Assembly: GCA_963719515.1 (NCBI GenBank)
Contig: CAVRCJ010000001.1
Span: 192,001-256,000, forward strand
Length of the DNA: 64,000 nucleotides
Direction: 5' to 3'
Source: an uncultured cyanobacterium
Lineage (GTDB): Bacteria > Cyanobacteriota > Cyanobacteriia > CAKZMO01
The stretch's first letter is position 1. Each line of letters opens with the position of its first letter. Shown here one piece after another: positions 1 to 9,400 of this stretch. The notes beneath the pieces were generated by a model. That model did no database searches. It was given only the letters and a program-made list of their open reading frames with translations, and was not told the origin of the DNA. Made by a program: the position numbers and the translations under genes.

Positions 1-26
1 AAATTACTGCTATTGTCCTGGCTGGC

Positions 27-989
27 CTACTGGGGGGAGCTAACCGCGTAGACGTGGTCCACCTCAGCCTTCTGGCCCGGAACTGCTGCGTAGCAAACCG
101 TCTCCTTCACGTTGAACGCCTGATCGACCCAAACCTGTGCGACGCGGCTAATCTGCTGCCCCACTAGGGTCACTAGCGAAAAGTGCCGCCGCTGTTTGTC
201 GCCATCGGTCACGATGCGAGGCACATAGGCTCCGTTGAGATAAATTGTCTCTTGGTCGGTGCGCAGGTGGTCTCGCAGTCGGTCTTCGCGGTGGCGCAGG
301 TGGTGGTGCATATGGCCAAAAGCGACGAGGGGAACTGTCTTACCCTGCTCCTTGGCGTAGGCGATCGCCCGCTGCAGGTCAGGGTCGCCGTAGTCGCCAC
401 CGCTGGGTTTCCAGTCGCGCCCGCAGGGGTCTTCGCGGCGATCGCCTAGCCCGGCGGGGCCGCAGTGGCCGATAAAAATAACCGTATTGTGGGTCGCTGC
501 GTCTACGGCTGCCCGGATGCGCTCGTAGGACTCTTCAAAGTTGCTGACGTCAAACCACTGCTTGTAGAACTTGCGGTGCTTCCATTTCCTGCCGCCCCAG
601 CTAAAGGGTCGCCCGCCGACCACGGTCAGCCCAAACTGAGGAAAATCGAGCTGACGATAGCCGACGTGGGCGTCGCCGAGTAAATCGAGCTGCTGAGTGA
701 CTCGGTTTTCCTTATCCATATCGTAGGGGCAGCGCTTGCGTCCCCAGTCCGTGGCGTGGTACCAAGCGTCGTGGTTGCCCATGATAGCGGCTTTGGGCAG
801 CGGCACTTGGGAAATCTGCCGCACGATGTCTACCGACTCGTTGCCGAAGTCGCCGAGAAAGAGCACCAGGTCAGCGCCCAGATGCTGTAGCGCAGCGCGA
901 TCGCCGTCATCCCATAGGTCATGGACGTCGCCCACGACGGCGATAGTGATGGATGAATCTGTAGAGGACTGCGGATTGACCTGGCTCAT
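27..989 (-). CDS. Calcineurin-like metallophosphoesterase (cyanobacterial TIGR04168-type)
   Basis: Motifs GDVH, LGDFG, GNHD, GHMH in a 320-aa ORF. Confidence 0.85.
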   Translation of the reverse strand: MSQVNPQSSTDSSITIAVVGDVHDLWDDGDRAALQHLGADLVLFLGDFGNESVDIVRQISQVPLPKAAIMGNHDAWYHATDWGRKRCPYDMDKENRVTQQLDLLGDAHVGYRQLDFPQFGLTVVGGRPFSWGGRKWKHRKFYKQWFDVSNFEESYERIRAAVDAATHNTVIFIGHCGPAGLGDRREDPCGRDWKPSGGDYGDPDLQRAIAYAKEQGKTVPLVAFGHMHHHLRHREDRLRDHLRTDQETIYLNGAYVPRIVTDGDKQRRHFSLVTLVGQQISRVAQVWVDQAFNVKETVCYAAVPGQKAEVDHVYAVSSPQ

Positions 990-1566
990 GGTGATCTAGA
1001 CGTTGCGCTGCCACTTCAGCATAGGTCAAGACTAGCTATATTGCCTGTTTCATTGGCCAGATGCGAGCAAGTTGAAAGTAAATTATAAAAACGGGCTTTC
1101 TAGATTTGGCAAATGGCCTGAGAAGTTTTGATCAAGTTCTCCTTAATTTGATAGATAGCGTGTTTTTACTATGCTGTCTCCCTCTCCCAAACCAAAGGCT
1201 TATTTGAAACTTTAGATTATTCGTCCTGTTACTAAAGCAACCACGCTGTTACCTAAGTCTACGGACTGGGAAAGTTATATTCAGAGCCGAAAAGCGCTTT
1301 GAGATTGATTTAGTCAACTTTGAGCTGTCATTAAACTCTTTTGAGGATCGTAGCTTTTATCATACGTATTTTCACTAAAGAGCGCACCGTGTAAATACAG
1401 CTTAAGCCCTAATTCTCGAAGTGCTGGTGGATCAAATCAGGTTTGAGTGACTTGGTTAGATTTCTAGCCATGGATTTATTTTGTCAAATTTTGGGGAAAT
1501 AATTCCCTTTTTGACTTCGCTTTTTTGTAATTCACATCTACTTCCTTTTAGGGGTTAGTTTTTCGT

Positions 1567-4500
1567 ATGCCTATTTTGACGCTTGGTGATGGAAGCACAC
1601 TAGATACTGATGCTCTTACTGCTAGCCTCGCTGCTCTCAGTGGCGAAATCGATATCTTAACGAATGATGTTAGTGGCGCAACGGCTTCCGTTACTACGCT
1701 TACTAATGATGTTTCTACGCTCACTGGTAACGTGGCGACCGCTGATGGAACGATCGCCACGCTGACGACCACTGTCGGTGGCGCAGTCACAACGGTTGAT
1801 GGCCTGCTGGCGGATATCGCTACTGCTGACGGGGCGATCGCTACGCTGACAGGCGATGCGACTGCGGCTGAGGGTACAGTTGCCGGCTTAACGACCACCG
1901 TCGATGGCGCGGTTACCACGGTTAATGGGCTACTGACTGAGCTGACTACCGTGGACGGGGCGGTCACCACCCTAACGAATGATGTGGCGGCGGCGGACGG
2001 TGCAGTAACTGGCCTGACGACTACTGTTAATGGTGCGGTTGCCACTGCAAACGGGCTGCTGACTGAGCTGACGACGATTGATGGCGCGATCGCTGCACTA
2101 TCTGACGATGTCACCGCTACTGACGGCGTGGTGACTACCCTGACGGCTACCGTCGATGGCGCGGTTGCCACGGTCAATGGTTTGCTGACTGAGTTGACGG
2201 CAATTGACGGCACGGTCACCGCGCTGACCGACGACGTAACCGCTGCCGACGGTGCAGTGGCCACTCTAACTACCACAATCGATGGCGTAGCAACCGCAGT
2301 CGATGGTCTATTAACCGACCTCACAGCGGCTGACAACGCTGTGACTGCACTAACGGCCAGCATTGGCACTGCAGTGACCGACGCGACGGCGGCGGTGGAT
2401 GGCCTGACCGCCAGCGTCAATACGGCGGCAGACGGTGCCACCACCACCATCGATACGTTGCTCGCCAATCTGCTCACGAGTGTTGATGGGGCCGTTGCCG
2501 GGGCCACCACGTCTGTTGACGGACTAGCGGCTGGCGTCGAAACTGCGATCGTCGATACGACGGCGGCGGTTGATGGCCTGACGACTAGCGTCGACACCGC
2601 AACGACGGGTGTCACCGCAACTATTGAGGACCTGCTCGCTAATCTAATCACCAGCGTTGATGGTGCCGTCACTGGTGCTACTACTTCTGTCGATGGGCTA
2701 GCGACTGGCATCGACACCGCTGTTACTGACGCCACGACTGCCGTTGATGGTCTGACGACTAGCGTCAACACTGCAGCAACTGGTGCCACCACAACTATTG
2801 AGGACCTGCTCGCCAATCTGCTCACCAGCGTCGATGGTGCTGTTGCCGGAGCTACCGCTTCTGTTGACGGCCTGACTGCCGGTGTCGACACTGCTGTTGC
2901 TGACGCCACGACTGCCGTTGGTGGCCTAACGACTGGCCTCGATACCGCCCTTACTGACGCCAATACCGCGATCGACACCGCCGTTGCCGATGCGACCGCC
3001 TCCGTCGATGGTCTGACTGTCGGTGTCGATACCGCTGTTACCGACGCTACGACTGCCGTTGATGGCCTAACCGCTGGAATTGACACTGCTGTTACCGACG
3101 CTACGACTGCCGTTGATGGCCTGACTGCTGGAATTGACACCGCTGTTACCGACGCCACGACTGCCGTTGATGGCCTAACTGCTGGAATTGACACTGCTGT
3201 TGCTGACGCTACGACTGCCGTTGATGGCCTGACTGCTGGTGTTGATACCGCTGTTGCTGACGCCACGAATGCCGTTGATGGCCTAACGACTGGCCTCGAT
3301 ACCGCCCTTGCTGACGCCAACACCACGATCGACACTGCCGTTGCCGATGCGACCGCCTCTGTCGATGGCCTGACTGCCGGTGTCGATACCGCTGTTACCG
3401 ACGCCACGACTGCCGTCAATGGCCTAGTTACCGACGCCACGACTGCTGTTGACGGCCTAACAACTGGTCTCGATACCGCCCTTGCTGACGCCAACACCAC
3501 GATCGACACTGCCGTTGCCGATGCGACCGCCTCTGTCGATGGCCTGACTGCCGGTGTCGATACCGCTGTTACCGACGCCACGACTGCCGTTGATGGCCTA
3601 ACCGCTGGAATTGACACTGCTGTTGCTGACGCTACGACTGCCGTTGATGGCCTAACAACTGGCCTCGATACCGCCCTTACTGATGCCAACACCGCGATCG
3701 ACGCTGCCGTTGCTGACGCAACCGCTTCTGTCGATGGGCTTGCGACTGGTGTCGACGCGGCTGTTGCCGACGCTACGACTGCTGTTGATGGCCTAACCAC
3801 TGGCCTCGATACCGCCCTTACTGACGCCAACACCGCGATCGACACTGCCGTTGCTGACGCTACGACTGCCGTTGCTGATCTGAGCACCAGCATTGACGAT
3901 GCGGTTACCGGCGCAACCGGCGCAGTTGATGGTCTCAACACTACTGTCACTGACGCAACCGGTGCTGTTGATGCGCTAAACACTAGCGTCACCGCCGCCG
4001 TCACTGGATCGGTCGAGGCCGTTGACGCTCTAAACGCTAGCGTTACTGCCGCAGCTACTGCCTCTACTGACGCTATCAACGGCCTCGACACTGCTGTTAC
4101 CGATGCGGTGGCAGGAGCAACCGGCGCAGTTGATGGGTTCAACACTGCTGTCACTGATGCAACGGGCGCAGTCAACGGTCTCGACACTGCTGTGACTGAC
4201 GCGGTTGCGGGTGCCACTGACGCAGTTAATGGCCTCGATACTGCCGTTACCGATGCCGTTGCCGGTGTCAATGATGCCGTCGCGGGTGCGACTGGTGCAG
4301 TTGATGGGCTGACAACCGGCATTAACGATGCGGCGACTAGTGCCACTGAAACCATTGATGAACTGCTCAACGGACTGCTCAACGGTGTTAACGGCGCGGT
4401 TGATGGTGCTACTGGTGCCGTCGATGGTCTTAATACCGCTGTAGCGGATGCCACTGGTGCCGTTGATGGTCTTGATACCGCTGTGACTGACGCGGTTGCC

Positions 4501-6231
4501 GGTGCAGCTGACGCAGTCAATGGCCTCGACACCGCCGTTACCGATGCCGTTGCGGGCGTCAACGATGCCGTCGCGGGTGCCACTGGCGCAGTCGATGGGC
4601 TCAACCGCCGTCCGTGGACTGGAACAGTAGACGGTCTCAACACTGCTGTAGCGGATGCCACTGACGCAGTTAATGGCCTCGACACTGCTGTGACCAACAC
4701 AGTTACTGGTGCCACTGGTGCCGTTGATGGCCTCAATACTGCTGTTGCAGATGCGCTTACAAATGCCACTGGTGCCGTTAACGGTCTCGATACCGCTGTG
4801 ACCGACGCGGTTGCGGGCGTCAATACTGCCGTTACTGATGCAACGACTGCAGTTGACGGTCTTGATACCGCTGTTACCGACGCAGTTACTGGAGCCACTG
4901 GCGCAGTCGATGGCCTCAACACCGCCGTTGTTGGTACCCTCACAAATGCAACTGGCGCAGTCGACGGTCTCAACACCGCTGTCGATGATGCAGTTACTGG
5001 AGCCACTGGCGCAGTGGATGGCCTCAACACCGCCGTTGTTGGTACCCTCACAAACGCGACTGGCGCAGTCGATGGTCTCAATACCGCTGTCAACGACACC
5101 GTTGCGGGTGCAAATAATGCGTTCAATGAGTTCCTGAACGAGATCACAGGTGCCGCAGACGTGGTGACGGCCGCGAATGCAGCAGCCAATAGTCTCCAAG
5201 CGACTGTCGCGAATGCAGCCAGCACGGTCGATGGCGTCATGGGTGCGGTTGACGGTCTCTCTGAGAGAGTCAGCGGAGTCAACGGTGAAGTCGATGCACT
5301 GTTTGGCAGCGCGGCTACTCAAATTGATAGCTTCCTATCTGAGTTCGAGTTTGCGGTCGACGATGCGATCGCCTCTATAGAATCTCTTTTAGAAGATGCA
5401 ACAGTAGCAGCGGCTGATGGAGGAACCGGCGGCGGAAGTGGCCAAGGTGGCCAAGGTGGCGACCCCATGATAGGGGACAGCCCTACCGACGGCGTACCGG
5501 ATCTAGCCTCAGAGCCCGACGCTGAAGCCCCCGTCACCGACTCGGATCCTCTAGAAACGCTTGAGTTCGGGCGTATGCCAACTAGAGCTAAATTCCTTGA
5601 TGGTGCTGATTTTGCCGACGCAGACAAGGTCGTTGGCAGCAGGGAGCAAGACGCTTTAGCCGGTGGAAACGAAAGTAACTTTTTCTCAGGTATCCGGGGT
5701 GACGACAAAATCTCCGGGGGCGACGGCAATGACCGGATTAAAGGAGGCATGGGTGACGATATCTTGAAGGGTGGTCGCGGTGAAGACCGACTCAACGGCG
5801 CTGAGGATAACGACATCGTTTCCGGTGGTGCAGGCGACGACTTCCTCGCCGGTAATGCTGGGGATGATGAGCTGATTGGCGGTGCGGGCAACGACTTCCT
5901 CGTCGGGGGTGTGGGCGCCGATACCCTAACGGGCGGTTCAGGCAGTGATGCGTTTATCTTTAGGCGGGTAGCTGATGGCGGTGACACCATCACTGACTTC
6001 CAGAGCAGGGACGTCATCAGCATTCGCGATATCTTCGACAGGCAAGCGTTTGCGGCTGATTCACTCCGCAGTCAGTTTGAGCAGTTCATTGAGGTTGAGC
6101 AGATTGGATCTGACACTCGTATCAGCATCGATGCGAACGGCAACGGCGCTGGAGCAAGATTCCAGACTCTGGCAACCTTGACTAATGTCTCAGCGGACTT
6201 GGTCACCTCTTTGAACTTTGTTGTCGACTAG
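1567..6231 (+). CDS. Large acidic Thr/Ala/Asp/Val repeat protein with C-terminal RTX Ca-binding repeats; likely type I secreted surface protein
   Basis: ~1200 aa of repeats such as VDGLTAGIDTAVTDATTA; GGxGxDxL nonapeptides; C-terminal DTITDF...IDANGNG T1SS-target-like tail; no signal peptide. Confidence 0.85.
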   Translation: MPILTLGDGSTLDTDALTASLAALSGEIDILTNDVSGATASVTTLTNDVSTLTGNVATADGTIATLTTTVGGAVTTVDGLLADIATADGAIATLTGDATAAEGTVAGLTTTVDGAVTTVNGLLTELTTVDGAVTTLTNDVAAADGAVTGLTTTVNGAVATANGLLTELTTIDGAIAALSDDVTATDGVVTTLTATVDGAVATVNGLLTELTAIDGTVTALTDDVTAADGAVATLTTTIDGVATAVDGLLTDLTAADNAVTALTASIGTAVTDATAAVDGLTASVNTAADGATTTIDTLLANLLTSVDGAVAGATTSVDGLAAGVETAIVDTTAAVDGLTTSVDTATTGVTATIEDLLANLITSVDGAVTGATTSVDGLATGIDTAVTDATTAVDGLTTSVNTAATGATTTIEDLLANLLTSVDGAVAGATASVDGLTAGVDTAVADATTAVGGLTTGLDTALTDANTAIDTAVADATASVDGLTVGVDTAVTDATTAVDGLTAGIDTAVTDATTAVDGLTAGIDTAVTDATTAVDGLTAGIDTAVADATTAVDGLTAGVDTAVADATNAVDGLTTGLDTALADANTTIDTAVADATASVDGLTAGVDTAVTDATTAVNGLVTDATTAVDGLTTGLDTALADANTTIDTAVADATASVDGLTAGVDTAVTDATTAVDGLTAGIDTAVADATTAVDGLTTGLDTALTDANTAIDAAVADATASVDGLATGVDAAVADATTAVDGLTTGLDTALTDANTAIDTAVADATTAVADLSTSIDDAVTGATGAVDGLNTTVTDATGAVDALNTSVTAAVTGSVEAVDALNASVTAAATASTDAINGLDTAVTDAVAGATGAVDGFNTAVTDATGAVNGLDTAVTDAVAGATDAVNGLDTAVTDAVAGVNDAVAGATGAVDGLTTGINDAATSATETIDELLNGLLNGVNGAVDGATGAVDGLNTAVADATGAVDGLDTAVTDAVAGAADAVNGLDTAVTDAVAGVNDAVAGATGAVDGLNRRPWTGTVDGLNTAVADATDAVNGLDTAVTNTVTGATGAVDGLNTAVADALTNATGAVNGLDTAVTDAVAGVNTAVTDATTAVDGLDTAVTDAVTGATGAVDGLNTAVVGTLTNATGAVDGLNTAVDDAVTGATGAVDGLNTAVVGTLTNATGAVDGLNTAVNDTVAGANNAFNEFLNEITGAADVVTAANAAANSLQATVANAASTVDGVMGAVDGLSERVSGVNGEVDALFGSAATQIDSFLSEFEFAVDDAIASIESLLEDATVAAADGGTGGGSGQGGQGGDPMIGDSPTDGVPDLASEPDAEAPVTDSDPLETLEFGRMPTRAKFLDGADFADADKVVGSREQDALAGGNESNFFSGIRGDDKISGGDGNDRIKGGMGDDILKGGRGEDRLNGAEDNDIVSGGAGDDFLAGNAGDDELIGGAGNDFLVGGVGADTLTGGSGSDAFIFRRVADGGDTITDFQSRDVISIRDIFDRQAFAADSLRSQFEQFIEVEQIGSDTRISIDANGNGAGARFQTLATLTNVSADLVTSLNFVVD

Positions 6232-6234
6232 ATA

Positions 6235-6267
6235 TAGCAAATGTCCTAAGCACTAGGATATTTGCTA
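6235..6267. repeat. Short inverted repeat (TAGCAAATGTCCTA-5nt-TAGGATATTTGCTA), minimal MITE-like hairpin
   Basis: 14-bp arms with one mismatch immediately after the RTX gene stop. Confidence 0.55.
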
Positions 6268-6353
6268 GCCGCATTGCCATGCGATGTAGAGGTTTAGGCC
6301 CACGACATTGTCTTAAGCGATGCGGCCAGAGCTATAAGAGCAGCGGTAATTGT

Positions 6354-6387
6354 GGGCGTCGGGGCTTTAACCCGACGCCCTTTTGTT
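6354..6387 (+). terminator. Intrinsic terminator between the convergent RTX gene and tamB
   Basis: GGGCGTCGGG-GCTTTAA-CCCGACGCCC followed by TTTTGTT. Confidence 0.75.
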
Positions 6388-6417
6388 GCGGCGTAGAGAA
6401 AACTAAAGCAAAGAAAA

Positions 6418-9400
6418 CTAAAACCGCCGATTAAGCTCAATCACGACCCGGCTCTCGTCAGAAAAATTAGTCGAGCTGCGCAGCTGCAGTTCGTCGTTGA
6501 TGCGATAGCGCAGTCCCAACTGGGTCGGCTCTCGTACCGTGAGTAGCTGTAGTGCAGACACCGACAGATTGTCCGTAATGTTCACCCCTATCTCAGCTGC
6601 TAGGCCCAACGTCGGGTCAACATCATCTGAGCCGCGCTCCTCGCGATCGCCCTCTGTAATAACGGCTGGGAAGATACGGAAGTTGGTGATGCCCAAGCTG
6701 TTGCTCACCAAAGTTTGCAGACTAGTGAATAGCGCAGAACCCGCTAAGGCTAGAGCGCTACTGCTGTTGCTTGTCCCTTCGCCGACGCCCCCAAGCAAAG
6801 CCAAGATTTCGGCGTCGCTGCGGCCAGGACTGCTGCTGAGTTCAATATTGCTAAACAGCTGGCTAGCTGGCCCCTGCACCGTCGCCCGAATTTGCACCGT
6901 CTGCAGCTCTCCGAAGCGCTGACTGGGTAGCTCTCTGACCTCAAAGGCGGCAAAGGGATCTCTAGACCGGGTGACTGGGCGCGTCTGCTCCAGCACGGAG
7001 GTTTCTAGCTGTACGTCTAGAATAGGATCGGTGCTGCCAAGAAACCGAGCAATGTTGTCATAGCGGCGGATGAGATTGAACTGCGTGGTCAGCAGATTGA
7101 CCTGACCGCTGCGCAGGCGAATCGTCCCTTCAGGGCGCAGGTTTTGTAAATCGTTGAGCGGGCCGCTGACCCTAATATCTCCATCAGCGACAAAGTTAAG
7201 GATTGGGGCACGGGTAACCAGCAGGCGATCGCCCAATACCACCCGCAGCTCATCTAGCTCAGGGGCCTGAAAAATCCCAGAGGCCTCTTCCTCCGACGCC
7301 GAGGCAACCTCTAGCAAGCTGGCTTCGGGCAGCGAAATACGTCCGTCAGACAGAAAAATCTCGCCGCGAATCTTCGGCGCTAGGGCAGCGCCCCCGATTT
7401 GAATGCGTCCATTGGCGTCTCCGTTGTAGAGCCCTTTGAGATTGATGGCAAGGTCTTCTAGATCCACCTTGAGTGGAGCGACATCTTCATCGGCGCTGTC
7501 TGCGGTAGAGAGAGGAATTGACCCTTGAGCCAGCACGCGTCCGTCGCTAAACTCTCCCTGCAGCCCTTTAATCTCGATGCGATCGCTAATAAATTCGATA
7601 TCTCCCGTCACGCCGGTGAGAATGCCCGGCAGGACCGCTGCCGAGAATGCGGCGGCGTTAAAGCTAGCAAGCCCGCTGACTAAAGGCTGAAGTTCTAGCC
7701 CCTCGGGCGTTTGCTCTAGGGTGCCGCCGATATCTAGCGTGGCGCTTCCCCTGCCGCCCTCCCACTTAACCTGGTTGTTGAGTAGGTTAAGCAGGGCTAA
7801 TCCATCGTCTTCTAGCGCCACGCTAAGGCTGATGCTATTGTCCTTTGGTGGCACCGTCGCTTGGGGAAGCCGGTAGGGCAAGCTGCCCACGACCCGTAGG
7901 GGGCTGGTCTCATCAAGACTCATCTGACCAATGAGATTGAGGCGGGCATCGGTATAGCTAAATCGGGCGGCGGCGGACTGAAGGTCTTCGTTGTTCAAGG
8001 TGGCACTCGCCAACTCAATTTCTCCCCTCGCTTGAGGGTTCGTCAAGCTGCCGGAGATCGAAGCGGTGGCGTTGAGATTACCATCAATGTCGACTGGCAC
8101 GTCGAAAAAGTCTTGGAGAAAGGCCGCGGAGACGTTCTCGGCTCGCAGCTGACCCAGCGCTTCATCGCTGTTGCCCAGGGTGCCCGCGAAGTTGAGCTGC
8201 GTTTCCTCAGAGGCAAACCTCAGGGGCAGCAGCGTCAAAGCACCCTCGCTGATGTTGCCTTTAGCAATAAGCTGGTTAGAAGCGCTGTAGGGTCCCCAGC
8301 GCCAGTCCTTCCCGGCTAGGTCAAAATCTGCCGTTAGCTCTCGGTTTTGAAGGGCGAAATCGATGATGCCGGAGAAATCGCCGTCCAGCTGGGATAAGGG
8401 GGGCAGTCGGGCAGCGGTAGACGCTTCGGCCTGCTGCCGCCGGATCGCTTCGATTTCCGCGTAGCGCTGCAGGCGCTGCTGCAAAGAGAGATCGGCAGCC
8501 CCAAGGGTGAGCCTACCGATGGCCTCTGATGAGCCAAACTGTCGTGTGGACAGCCCCCGCGCGAAGTCCTCCAGGTCAAAAATCTGCAGCGCCAGCAGCA
8601 GATCCTGCACGTACCCTTCCTTAGCGACAATTTTTCCCTGGGCCGTTAGCTCCGGCTCGGTCGCGAGTTGACCACTGATGCCGTAGCGGCTTCGCCCAAC
8701 CAAAAGTGCTCCGTCCTGCAGGCGCACTACACCATCTGCCAGCTGAACTTGGCCGCGCACCTGCTGTCCGGCAATATAGCCTAGGCGAGGCGCATCAACG
8801 ACAACCTCACCCGCCGCCTTCACCTGGCGTAGCGCGGCCCGCCAGTCACTCCAAGACTGAGCCTGTAGCGATGGCCAATCCACCGTCAGATTGCCGCTCA
8901 AATCTCCCCCGAGCTGGCCGATGCGTCCGGCAGGCTTGAGGTTAAGGGCGGTGAGAGGAAACTGACGCACCTCTGTCACCAGGCGATCGCCTTCTCTTTG
9001 CCCCTCAATCTGCGTTTCCCCCTGCTGTGCCCTGAAGGATACCGGCTGCTGCGTCTCGTCTAGAGCGACGGCAATGGTGCCCTCGGAGCCGCTCAACGCT
9101 ACGCTGCTCCCGCTCGGAGAAAAGGTGATGGGTCCCGCCAGCGTCCCCAACTCGATGTCGTTGATGGCTAGATCGGCAAACTGAGTTTGCCCCGCGACCT
9201 CAAGGGCATCTAGCGATCCGGACACGCGCCCCTCAAAGCCAGCAATGCCTCGCAGCTGTAGCGCCTTGGAAAAGGGCGCGACTCGCGCTAAATTATATTC
9301 TTCTATACCGACGTCGAGGTCGAGACGCTGGAGCGACGGCTGCCAACCGCTAAAGGGAATATCGATTGTTCCTGCCACCCGCAGGTCTGGTGCGATCGCC

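Noticed and set aside
2850..3880. Regular ~54-bp repeats as a possible CRISPR array
   Set aside because: In-frame coding repeats with synonymous variation, no unique spacers and no cas genes.
1548..5322. Long antisense ORFs (1244 aa and 430 aa) over the repeat gene
   Set aside because: Shadow frames caused by the restricted codon set of the Thr/Ala/Asp/Val repeats; the + frame has the RTX tail.
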